A model generated the notes under the pieces. The model was not told the origin of the DNA. It made no database searches and worked only from the letters and a program-made list of their open reading frames with translations. DNA of 62,386 bases from Corallochytrium limacisporum Hawaii (lineage: Eukaryota; Protista; Pluriformea): assembly GCA_002811645.1 (NCBI GenBank), contig PDIP01000078.1, positions 68,559 to 130,944 on the forward strand, read 5' to 3'. Position numbers and translations under genes: made by a program. The first letter of the stretch is position 1, and every line of letters starts with the position of its first letter. Positions 52,526-61,546 of this stretch are shown here, piece by piece.

Positions 52526-54568
52526 CTACAATTTCCGGGACTGACTGGACCGCTGGCTCTTCCGATACATGAAGTCACGGAAGTTGACAGGAGCAGACAC
52601 CTCCACTGTGGCAGGGGTCACTGTTGTTGCTGTGCTGGCCGTGATGGTGGCATGGTGATGCTGAGATGATAAGTGACGCAGAGGAACATGCATCTCTGGC
52701 ATTCCGTGGAAGCGTTTGACAGGTCCACCACTGTGATTCTCTGGCTTGGTCAAACTCCGCTTGCAGCCGATGACTGCATCGCCTTCGGACTCATCATCAT
52801 CATCATCATTGCTGATGGGTGGCGACAAAGGTCGGCAGGGTTCTCCAGTAAGGTCAGGATCGTACTCATCCATACCTTTTAGGGCTTTCTTTTGCAAATC
52901 CATCACTTTGCTGTGTGCAGTATGGATGTCATATAGCGGTAACGGCGTTGGTGTCGATGCGCCCGACGATTGCGACCCGAGGGATGCCGAACCCAGTTCC
53001 TTATGTGCCACCACCTTGGTTGCCTGTATAGACACCCTTCGGCGCATGATTTGGCCCAAGATACTACTTCGTGGGGTGGAGGACTTGTCTCCATTGTCGC
53101 TTCTATTCTGCAATGAGTCCTGAGTACCAAACTCCGGTGTACTTTGTGGATTCTTTTCCTGTCTGTTCTTTAACAGATTCTTTAACGTCGGTGCTTGAAA
53201 AGGGGCCGATGAGCTCTGATTCTTACTTCCATTGCCTTTCTTTGCAGACACGTGGGCAAAGGCTTTGAACAGCGCAGAATCCATAACTTTCCTTGGCTTC
53301 CACTTGGAATCTTTCAGTTCCGGCAGTTCGGAATCATTCCTCACGTTGGCAAAGGCCGTCGACGTCTCTGGCGGTAAGGCATCTGTGGTATTCCCTTTCG
53401 ATGAACGTCCAAACTGACTGAGCAAATTCCGTGCGGCTGCCATGCGCTGCGCCCTTTCGTCTTCGACTGCAAATCGTGTCGGAGTCCGTCTCTTCCGGCT
53501 ACTTTTGCGCTCGCCGCTGCGCACCAGTTGCTTGCTTGGCGTCAGGATTAATTCCTCGCCAGTCAAGGGATTTACACGTCCCTCGGCCAAAGCGCTGATC
53601 TTTTGCGGTGACATCAGACTGCCTGCGTATGGCATTTCCGCAAGTGCTTTACCTTCCGGCAAGGAATTGAGTGGCACACATTGCTTCAGTTTGGGATCGA
53701 ATACCTGTTGATATAGGAAAGTTTCCACAGCTTCTCTAAAGCGGTCCAGATAGCCCACTGGTGCCTTCTCATTGTGCACACCTTTGAGCCCGAGGTCCTT
53801 GATCACACGTTCTACATTGCCTTGGTATCGCCATAGAAGGTTGAATGCCTTTTTCAGACCCATGCCTTTAACATTATCCAAGTAATCGCAACCGCTGAGA
53901 ATGCACATATGCATAAAGTCCAGTTGGGTCCAACCCCGCAACGACTTACCACTGATTGTCACTTCGCTCCAATCATCTATTGCAATCTCATCGCAATTGC
54001 CCTCACGATCCAATTTAAGCAGAAGATGACGAATTCCAAACACAAGCATATCACTATCTTCGCTAATGACACCGTCGACCAGCTTGTTCTTGTACAAATA
54101 GGCCAGTTGGCTATCTGCTTCGTACGGTGCCACAAGATATTCGATATCCCGCTTGCGCAGAGCCCGAATAAGACTAAGTGCCATCTGTGGTGTGACATCG
54201 CAACACTTCTGGAACATTTCTACTGCTTGCTTCTTTTTGCCTTCTGCTTCCAAGAGCATCGCCTTGCGTTTGATGGCCTGCCGATTCTCGCGGCGTTTGT
54301 CTTCAGTCATCTTCTTCGCAGGCAAGGGTCCACCGTCAAAAACAATAACAGGCTTTACGCCAAAGTGCTTTAACATCATACAACGATCTATGCAGTAATC
54401 AACATATCCTGTTGTATGCTTTCCCAGGACCACCTCTCTTGCACATCGATATACTCCGCGATGCAACCATCCATATGCGTCAACACCGACTTTCTTACCC
54501 TTATATTCTTTCACATGGGCCTTGCGGATGTTGTCCTTGAGTAGGGGAAGCAATCCCGAGATGCCCAT
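52526..54568 (-). CDS. EXO1: Exonuclease 1 (XPG/Rad2 family)
   Basis: MGISGLLPLLK, VDAYGWLHRG, VFDG, VAPYEADSQLAYL, SEDSD, CILSGCDYL, GMGLKKA; disordered tail with LLSQF and FRDFMY motifs resembling Msh2-interaction boxes. Confidence 0.97.
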   Translation of the reverse strand: MGISGLLPLLKDNIRKAHVKEYKGKKVGVDAYGWLHRGVYRCAREVVLGKHTTGYVDYCIDRCMMLKHFGVKPVIVFDGGPLPAKKMTEDKRRENRQAIKRKAMLLEAEGKKKQAVEMFQKCCDVTPQMALSLIRALRKRDIEYLVAPYEADSQLAYLYKNKLVDGVISEDSDMLVFGIRHLLLKLDREGNCDEIAIDDWSEVTISGKSLRGWTQLDFMHMCILSGCDYLDNVKGMGLKKAFNLLWRYQGNVERVIKDLGLKGVHNEKAPVGYLDRFREAVETFLYQQVFDPKLKQCVPLNSLPEGKALAEMPYAGSLMSPQKISALAEGRVNPLTGEELILTPSKQLVRSGERKSSRKRRTPTRFAVEDERAQRMAAARNLLSQFGRSSKGNTTDALPPETSTAFANVRNDSELPELKDSKWKPRKVMDSALFKAFAHVSAKKGNGSKNQSSSAPFQAPTLKNLLKNRQEKNPQSTPEFGTQDSLQNRSDNGDKSSTPRSSILGQIMRRRVSIQATKVVAHKELGSASLGSQSSGASTPTPLPLYDIHTAHSKVMDLQKKALKGMDEYDPDLTGEPCRPLSPPISNDDDDDESEGDAVIGCKRSLTKPENHSGGPVKRFHGMPEMHVPLRHLSSQHHHATITASTATTVTPATVEVSAPVNFRDFMYRKSQRSSQSRKL

Positions 54569-54894
54569 GTTTCTACTTAGTTCCCGCGCTCAAGAGCGGA
54601 TGTCTCGGACTCTAGTGTCTACAACATGTTGTGAGTATAAGTGCCCATGTAAGAATTCCTTACGACGTCGACTAAAGACGTTCACAGTCCCATCCTATTC
54701 TCCTCAGACCTATGCCGAAAAAATTACCATTGTGTCACTTTGATCATGGACTTTAGTAAACGAAACACATGTCAAACACTGCAACCAATTATACATGTTT
54801 AAGTCTACGCATCTTTATACGTGGCTCTGAGCCAAGGGCTGCCACTCTGGCCGGCCCCCCTTCTCTTTCCTCTCGCCCGGCTCTCTGTTTCGTT

Positions 54895-54904
54895 CGCGCC
54901 AAAA
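54895..54904 (-). promoter_or_regulatory. E2F-type binding site TTTTGGCGCG upstream of EXO1
   Basis: Plus strand CGCGCCAAAA, about 330 bp upstream of the EXO1 ATG. Confidence 0.55.
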
Positions 54905-55260
54905 TCGTTCTCCACTGGCCCTCCCCGGGGGGAGGGGGGGGGTTCGGGTAAGTGGGTTCTCCCACCCACCCTCCCGGTGGGGAGCGAGGGGGGGCCACGA
55001 TCGGGGCCTACGATGAGGGTCCCCATTTCATTCATACGCATCAGCCGTCCTTCCGCTGCTGACGGTCTCGTGGCTCCCAAAGACCCCCTCCCAGGAGACA
55101 CCCTCCGAGGTCCACCCGTAAGGACCACTCCGTCAATGTATGACGGTGACACTTTCAGGTATTTGAACCGGGAATTATCAGAACAACGTGCACGTTTTGG
55201 AAGCATCCTGTCATGTGACATTAATAGTCAACGAAGATCGTTAAAGAAAATCCCACCACA

Positions 55261-57135
55261 ATGTTCACCCAGTTCACAAGAAGGATTGGGACAGAACCCT
55301 TGCCGGCTGGGATCCGGTTCTTTGCAACGACACCGCTGCGGGCCGGCGGTCACCATGCACTACGATTGGGCCCCCGTACGGCTCCATGTGGTAAGCTGGG
55401 CCCTTATCTGGACGCTGGAGGGTCACCCTCTGTGACAGTGACAGGTTGGCTTGAGTACCGCCGGAGAAAAGGCTCAATGATGTTTTTCACTCTACGGGAC
55501 ATGACCGGTAGCGTACAGGTTGTCATGCAGGCCAATAACGATGATCCTTTGCGCCCAATGTTTGATGAGCTCAGAAAGGTCCCATTGGAGAGCATTGTTG
55601 CTGTGAGTGGCACACTGCAGCACCGTCCGACCGGTCAGGAGAAGGAGCCTGATCTTGGTGGGCACGACCCTGAGGATGCGGAGGACATCATGGGAAAGAG
55701 CCAGCATGTAGAAGTGACCGGGGTTTCCGATGTACAAATCATCAATACGGCTGTCTTCAAACCATTTGATGTTGAGAAAGGTAATACGTTTGAAGTGCAC
55801 GAATCCTTAGGACTGCAGCATCGCTACCTGCAGCTCCGCAGTCCTAAGCGCCTGCACATTTTACGCCAGCGGAGTCGTTTCAATCAGGCCATGCGGGACC
55901 TTCTGCTCGAAAAGGACTTTCTGGAGGTCGAGACTCCCACACTAGTACGACAAAATGCAGAGGGTGCCCGACAGTACATTGTGCCCTCACGACATGAAGC
56001 AGGAATGTTTTTTGGATTGAGCCAGTCTCCCCAGCAGCATAAGCAATTGCTCATGGCATCGGGTGTTGATCGGTACTTCCAGTTTGCAAGGTGCTACAGA
56101 GATGAAGATCACCGTGCAGACCGCCAGCCGGAGTTCTCGCAATTGGATATGGAGGTGGCCTATGCTGGTACTGAAGAAATGATGAACTTCACGGAAGCTC
56201 TGGTGAGAGCAGCAGTGATTCTAGGTCTGCGACACGAACTTGACGAGGGCCCCTTCCCGAGGATGTCTTGGGACGACGCTAGTCGATTCTACTGCAGTGA
56301 TAAGCCTGACGTTCGTCTGTCACGAATGATCCATTCGGACGTCAGCGAAACTGAAGTCCACAAGCGCTTCACTGTGGACGGATGCCTACATGATGCGGCC
56401 ATGAGTAACGAAACATTTAGGGACCACGTAATGAACGAAGTCACGGAGCAAGCCCGGAAGCATGGAATGGAACTAAAACTCGTCAGTGGCGGGGATGGCG
56501 GCGAGCTGACCTTCGAAGCCACAGGGCCCAAACTGATCACTGAGGAAGAGCTGGGCAAGATTCGCATGCGTATGGTTGAAGCAAGCGAGGAGTTGGGACT
56601 GGCGCAGGGCCCTAGAAAACGACCTGCTGACAAATTCGAATTCCTATGGGTCGAAAACTTCCCTTACTTGGAGATGGTCAACACTCCGGCAGGAGAGCGG
56701 CGCCTTGCTGCAGTGCATCACCCCTTTACTGCTCCCCCGGCCAACGTCTCCGTCGATGAGATGGTGGCCATGGACGAGAAGTCCTTGCTAGCTTTACGTT
56801 CCCAGTCGTACGACCTTGTGCTCAACGGCCAAGAGGTAGGAGGTGGTAGTGTGCGTATACATGATCCGGAGGAGCAGCGTCGGGTGTTTGTGGAAATACT
56901 GGGTCTCGATCCTGACCAATTCCAGCACTTGCTCAATGCGCTTTCCTCTGGCTGTCCGCCGCACGCGGGATTGGCTTTGGGTCTCGATCGGCTGCTGGCA
57001 ACTATGCTCAGTGTGGGAATTAGGGACGTTATTGCTTTTCCGAAAGCTACTTACGGCAAGGACCCCATGCTCGGATGCCCGTCTAAGTTGGACGAATTTC
57101 TCCTGACGGAAAGACATGTGAAGGTGACAAAGTGA
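55261..57135 (+). CDS. DARS2: Mitochondrial aspartyl-tRNA synthetase
   Basis: Presequence-like N-terminus; OB fold (FFTLRD..G.VQVV); RYLQLR, EVETPTL, LSQSPQQHKQLLM, ARCYRDED.RADRQPEFSQLDME, HHPFTAP, GCPPHAGLALGLDR, IRDVIAFPK. Confidence 0.96.
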   Translation: MFTQFTRRIGTEPLPAGIRFFATTPLRAGGHHALRLGPRTAPCGKLGPYLDAGGSPSVTVTGWLEYRRRKGSMMFFTLRDMTGSVQVVMQANNDDPLRPMFDELRKVPLESIVAVSGTLQHRPTGQEKEPDLGGHDPEDAEDIMGKSQHVEVTGVSDVQIINTAVFKPFDVEKGNTFEVHESLGLQHRYLQLRSPKRLHILRQRSRFNQAMRDLLLEKDFLEVETPTLVRQNAEGARQYIVPSRHEAGMFFGLSQSPQQHKQLLMASGVDRYFQFARCYRDEDHRADRQPEFSQLDMEVAYAGTEEMMNFTEALVRAAVILGLRHELDEGPFPRMSWDDASRFYCSDKPDVRLSRMIHSDVSETEVHKRFTVDGCLHDAAMSNETFRDHVMNEVTEQARKHGMELKLVSGGDGGELTFEATGPKLITEEELGKIRMRMVEASEELGLAQGPRKRPADKFEFLWVENFPYLEMVNTPAGERRLAAVHHPFTAPPANVSVDEMVAMDEKSLLALRSQSYDLVLNGQEVGGGSVRIHDPEEQRRVFVEILGLDPDQFQHLLNALSSGCPPHAGLALGLDRLLATMLSVGIRDVIAFPKATYGKDPMLGCPSKLDEFLLTERHVKVTK

Positions 57136-57261
57136 TCTTCGCGAAAAGTAAAACGAGTCATGATGGTACATCTATCTAACAACTTTTCTGAAATAGATAA
57201 TAATGATCTTCTACTATACCTTCAAGACAAGGGCACTGGCTCTTGAACACGGTAGTCTTCC

Positions 57262-58101
57262 TCAGACGGACGCAGGCGTGACCATGGCCACACTGCCGTC
57301 GGCATTTCCAAAGTACGCTCGCTCGGCCATGCGAATGAACAGACCTGTGGTAATCACACCAGGCAGAGGAGCGATCTTGGCTTCCAGAGCAGCAGGGTCC
57401 TTGATCTCTCCAAAATCAACATCCAAGATCATATGTCCGTTGTCGGTAATGACGGGTCCAGCCTTGGCCTTCGCCATGCGAAGCACTGGCTTACCACCCA
57501 TAGCCTCAAACTTGCGGCCCAGCATGACCCGTGCGTTGGCCAGCACCTCAACAGGCACGCCCTTCTTCCATTTCTCACCTAAAATCTGGGACCGCTTAGT
57601 GTAGTCTGCAACCACGACAAACTTCTTGGACGCGAAGCAGCAGAGCTTCTCCTGCGTGTTTGCGCCACCGCCGCCCTTGATACAGTTTAACTCAGCATCA
57701 CACTCGTCCGCACCGTCAATGTATACATCGATCTCTGGGTTACGATTTAGATCGGACAGAGGCAAATCATGCTTCTGGATTAAGTCGATGGCCTGGAAAG
57801 AGGAAGGGACGCAGCACTTAATGTTCAATCCCTCCTTGTGTACACGCTGGGCCAAGCGTTCCACACCGAAAACAATGGTGGAGCCGGAACCAATACCTAC
57901 GATCATTCCGTCAGTCACGTTCTCGTCGACTGCGGCGTAGGCAGCCTTGCGTTTTGCTTCAGCAACATCACCCATGTTGTTGATTTGAGAGAAAAATCTT
58001 TGGTTTCCTACACAAGCACACAGCTTAGCAGTATGTCCCCACGCATGGGTATTTAGTCCTGATCTTTTTAAGCACCTGCTTGCAGACAGTAGACTAATCA
58101 T
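57262..58101 (-). CDS. RPIA: Ribose-5-phosphate isomerase A; catalytic core starts at ATG 57975, upstream ATG 58101 adds 42 aa
   Basis: GIGSGST, DGADE, IKGGGG..TQEK, GVPVEV, KAGPVITDNG. Confidence 0.96.
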   Translation of the reverse strand: MISLLSASRCLKRSGLNTHAWGHTAKLCACVGNQRFFSQINNMGDVAEAKRKAAYAAVDENVTDGMIVGIGSGSTIVFGVERLAQRVHKEGLNIKCCVPSSFQAIDLIQKHDLPLSDLNRNPEIDVYIDGADECDAELNCIKGGGGANTQEKLCCFASKKFVVVADYTKRSQILGEKWKKGVPVEVLANARVMLGRKFEAMGGKPVLRMAKAKAGPVITDNGHMILDVDFGEIKDPAALEAKIAPLPGVITTGLFIRMAERAYFGNADGSVAMVTPASV

Positions 58102-58498
58102 TCCCACAAACTTGAGAAACTGGCTATGCACAAGTCATTCATACACAACACTGCTGAGTACAACAGCGTTGCCCTGGTGAATCTGGTGCCGATGAAGAAC
58201 CAGGAACGAGCAAACTCAGTGTGGTTTAAATTTTGCGCACTCTGAATGCAACGAGTGGACTCGTCCCTCAAGAATCCTTACGACCCCACGCGACCCCACC
58301 CCTCCCCCGGGGAAGGTGGGGGAAGGGGCGGCACAGGATTTCAATCTGCAACGAAGCCGTGAAGAAGGCCAAGGGGAGCGATAGCAGAGAAACTAACAGG
58401 AATCACGCGCCCATTTCGGAACGAAGATCCTTCTGATCATGACACGTTTGTCGGTTCTTTGGTAAATGGATTTGATTTAGTAAAATGTGATTGATATG

Positions 58499-61400
58499 TT
58501 AGCAACCATCAAGCGGACTGTTTTCAGGTGCCTGTGCTGAATCCTCTGTCTTGGCTGCTTCAGCCCCCATTCGAGGCGGAACGGGAGGAGAATCTTTGTG
58601 GGTCTGTTGCTCCCCTTGGACACTGACTGAACTGCTGCCCACCAAGCAATCGAGGGATCCGTCAGCTTTGAGATTATCCCTTATATGTGGGGCATGTTGT
58701 ACAGACCACAGGGATCCCTCTTCTGCATTGAAGGCGACGCCCAAGAATGCAGCAGAGTTCTCTGAGCTGTTGATGATATTAATCTGAGAGGAGCCAAAGG
58801 CAATCGCCATCAATGCGCAAGAGTCAAGCTCATCGGCGCTGGAAATCAGCTCGGGGGTAGGCAAGGGACCCGGTGGTTCCGCCGGAATTTGATCGGCGAG
58901 GCTGATCTCAGAGGCGAAAGCAATTGGCATGAGTCGGGGTGAGTGGCTTTCCTCGTCCTCTGACCCTGATGAGTCGACAGTGGAAACATTAGCTGGTACA
59001 ATGAGCAGACTTTCCATCTGCTCCTTGTACTCCTTGGATTGGTTTACAAGGAAGATCATGGTTTCCTCCAGGATCCCGGCCGAGTTTTCTCCTAGCTGAA
59101 ACCGCTCCAAGTCCAAAACTTCGTCGTACTCTTCAGCATGACACAGAGCAATGAAATTGTTTAGACTCCCGTCTTCGATTAGATCTGCTATATACTCGGT
59201 ATAGTCGGCATCTGCACGTAGTGTTGCAAAGACAGCCCAAGTGGCATCGATGTCTTCATTCGATGCTCTTGTGTGCTTCCAAGCGCCAATGGCATCCTCA
59301 GCCATCACGATACCAATCAGATGTCTGCATGTGGCTGAATGGGTGCACACATACGAGTGATAGTCGAAATCCTGCTCGATGCAGGAGTAATCTTCATCAG
59401 TGTGATCCACCAAAATGTCAGCTTCTACGAACTCATTTTCGAAGAACAGTATCTTCATTTCCAAATCTTCCAGCATGGCAATATCAAGTAAGTATACACA
59501 GTCATCAATCATGCTATCAACGTACTCAGAGTATTCCTGTTCTCGTTTCATGTCTGCGAAGAACATCCAACTGGACGTAACGTCTTCTGGATCCAATGCT
59601 GGAAGCGACTTAGAAGTATGAAGGTCAACAAGGGCCTCAAGAATGAGCATGTCGACCATCGGTTGAGCAATGCTAAGGTACGCATAGAACTCAATCTCTT
59701 CGATTTCATGAGCATCAGCCTGCTTGTACTCTACAACCGACGCTTGGAACTCGAAGCTCTCCAAGAGAGCAATATCAATCAAGGGCAGGCACTCCTGTTC
59801 CAGAAGCTCTAACTCCTCTGCCAGTTGCAGATCGGCGAAAACGTCCCAGGTAGCGTCTATATCTACAGCGTCAACTTCAGCAGACTCGGCTGCTTCGTTG
59901 GCCCATGTCTCGTTGAGAGTAATGGTGGTCAGATTCTGACAAAGCGGGGCCATGGTGAACACATACCAGTTGAATTCAGACTCCGAGGTTTCATTCGCGT
60001 CGTGGGTCGATGAGCTTCTTCTTTCCTCTCCTTTCAGCTCATTGACCATTACCCCAAGGTCAATTTGACTATCATAATGTACGTTGTTGTGCATGCTTTC
60101 CCGCAGAGGGTGGTTCGTGTCAAGTACCTGGTCGTAGTCCAGTACAAGGTATGTGTCTACTTCGTCATCGACATGCGCAGGATACTCTGAGAATGCCTGA
60201 AATGCAGACGGGCTATCCATCGAGGTCGTACGATCAACTATACGAATATTGCGCACATGTTGAGTCGCTTTGACATCACAATCCTGCTCATCTGCATTCT
60301 TTGTGCAAATACTGGAGAGACCGGCAAGGTCAGTCATGCTCGCAATCAAAGACTCAAGGTCGATTGATGAATTCGATCCACAGCGAGTCATTTTCTTGGC
60401 CGTGTGTCCCTGAACTGCCAGCTGAGCCGTTGCCTTGATTGAATTAGGGGTAAGTATGTTCAGATTTTCCATTGAACGCATAATGGACTGATAAAGCTCG
60501 GATGTTTTATCTTCCATTGTCCGGGATCGATCTTGGATAGCATTCCGAGCAACTTCCCCGGCAGTGAACTTGGTTAGGACAATTTTTGAAGCCGCCATCG
60601 CTTCAAGCATGACGTCCTCCTGTGGGGGGTCCATCTCCTCGCCCACATGAGACTGTAACCAAGACTCCACACTATGACGAGTATTTCGTGGCAAACGCTG
60701 ATAATCATCAAGTGCGCTGTGTCCACTGATGGCAGAATCCACCTCACTGTTCGATTCCAGACGGCAAGCCTGGGGTTCAGGGGGATACATTTCGCCACTG
60801 TAGCGAGCATAATGTTCAAAAGCACTATCAATTGCTGGCTCTGTATGAATGATACCAAGATTGGAATCCAAGTGTCTCTGGTCCTGTTGAATCTTCATGC
60901 GATGCTGAAAAAGATCAAGCTTTTCCGTGCCCTGCCGGTAAGCCAGGACCCGGCCGAGATACCGGGCGCAGTCCTGGCAGGGAGCACATCCGCTGGCGCC
61001 ATGAAAGACAAAATATCCATGCCTGGCCATGTTCCTAATACGTGGCTCACAACAAGCTTCCACGACACAGTCCCTAATCGAATTAATTTCAAAGATCAAT
61101 ATCATACTGCTCGCCTGACCTCGAATGCTCGGAATCGTGAAGCGAGTGCCCGCAGTCATCATCTGAGAAATCAGCACCACTGGCTGGCTTCGCTCTGTTG
61201 GCAGCTGTCTTACTGTCACGAACGCTTCAGGTCCGAAACCAGAGAATTCGAGCATGATCCTGCTTCGTCCAGGACCTTGGGGCCCACAGGGCAAACCAGT
61301 CCAGGCGCACAAAGTGGGCTGTAGCGTTGGTGAAGGTATGACTTGTGTCTTGGATTCATAGCTGGTATCATTGCAGCGATGGGGAACTGTTAATTCAGAG

Positions 61401-61546
61401 CTGCTGGTTGTGGCAGTCGCACCGTCGCTGTGTGTTTTCCTGCTGTTTGGCAATCTATGTACGTTTGAATGACTCCGCTTGGGAGGGCCTCGCATAAAAC
61501 TGCGGACCCGCTCACGCTGCTCGGCAATCTGGGTGTGCGCCCACAT
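58499..61546 (-). CDS. Large acidic protein with N-terminal ERICH3/DUF4590-like domain and three internal repeats
   Basis: 1015 aa ORF. The segment ...LIFEINSIRDCVVEACCEPR...GYFVF...APCQDC follows the CCE / GYFxF / PCxxC pattern I recall for DUF4590; the C-terminal half is D/E-rich. Confidence 0.7.
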   Translation of the reverse strand: MWAHTQIAEQRERVRSFMRGPPKRSHSNVHRLPNSRKTHSDGATATTSSSELTVPHRCNDTSYESKTQVIPSPTLQPTLCAWTGLPCGPQGPGRSRIMLEFSGFGPEAFVTVRQLPTERSQPVVLISQMMTAGTRFTIPSIRGQASSMILIFEINSIRDCVVEACCEPRIRNMARHGYFVFHGASGCAPCQDCARYLGRVLAYRQGTEKLDLFQHRMKIQQDQRHLDSNLGIIHTEPAIDSAFEHYARYSGEMYPPEPQACRLESNSEVDSAISGHSALDDYQRLPRNTRHSVESWLQSHVGEEMDPPQEDVMLEAMAASKIVLTKFTAGEVARNAIQDRSRTMEDKTSELYQSIMRSMENLNILTPNSIKATAQLAVQGHTAKKMTRCGSNSSIDLESLIASMTDLAGLSSICTKNADEQDCDVKATQHVRNIRIVDRTTSMDSPSAFQAFSEYPAHVDDEVDTYLVLDYDQVLDTNHPLRESMHNNVHYDSQIDLGVMVNELKGEERRSSSTHDANETSESEFNWYVFTMAPLCQNLTTITLNETWANEAAESAEVDAVDIDATWDVFADLQLAEELELLEQECLPLIDIALLESFEFQASVVEYKQADAHEIEEIEFYAYLSIAQPMVDMLILEALVDLHTSKSLPALDPEDVTSSWMFFADMKREQEYSEYVDSMIDDCVYLLDIAMLEDLEMKILFFENEFVEADILVDHTDEDYSCIEQDFDYHSYVCTHSATCRHLIGIVMAEDAIGAWKHTRASNEDIDATWAVFATLRADADYTEYIADLIEDGSLNNFIALCHAEEYDEVLDLERFQLGENSAGILEETMIFLVNQSKEYKEQMESLLIVPANVSTVDSSGSEDEESHSPRLMPIAFASEISLADQIPAEPPGPLPTPELISSADELDSCALMAIAFGSSQINIINSSENSAAFLGVAFNAEEGSLWSVQHAPHIRDNLKADGSLDCLVGSSSVSVQGEQQTHKDSPPVPPRMGAEAAKTEDSAQAPENSPLDGC

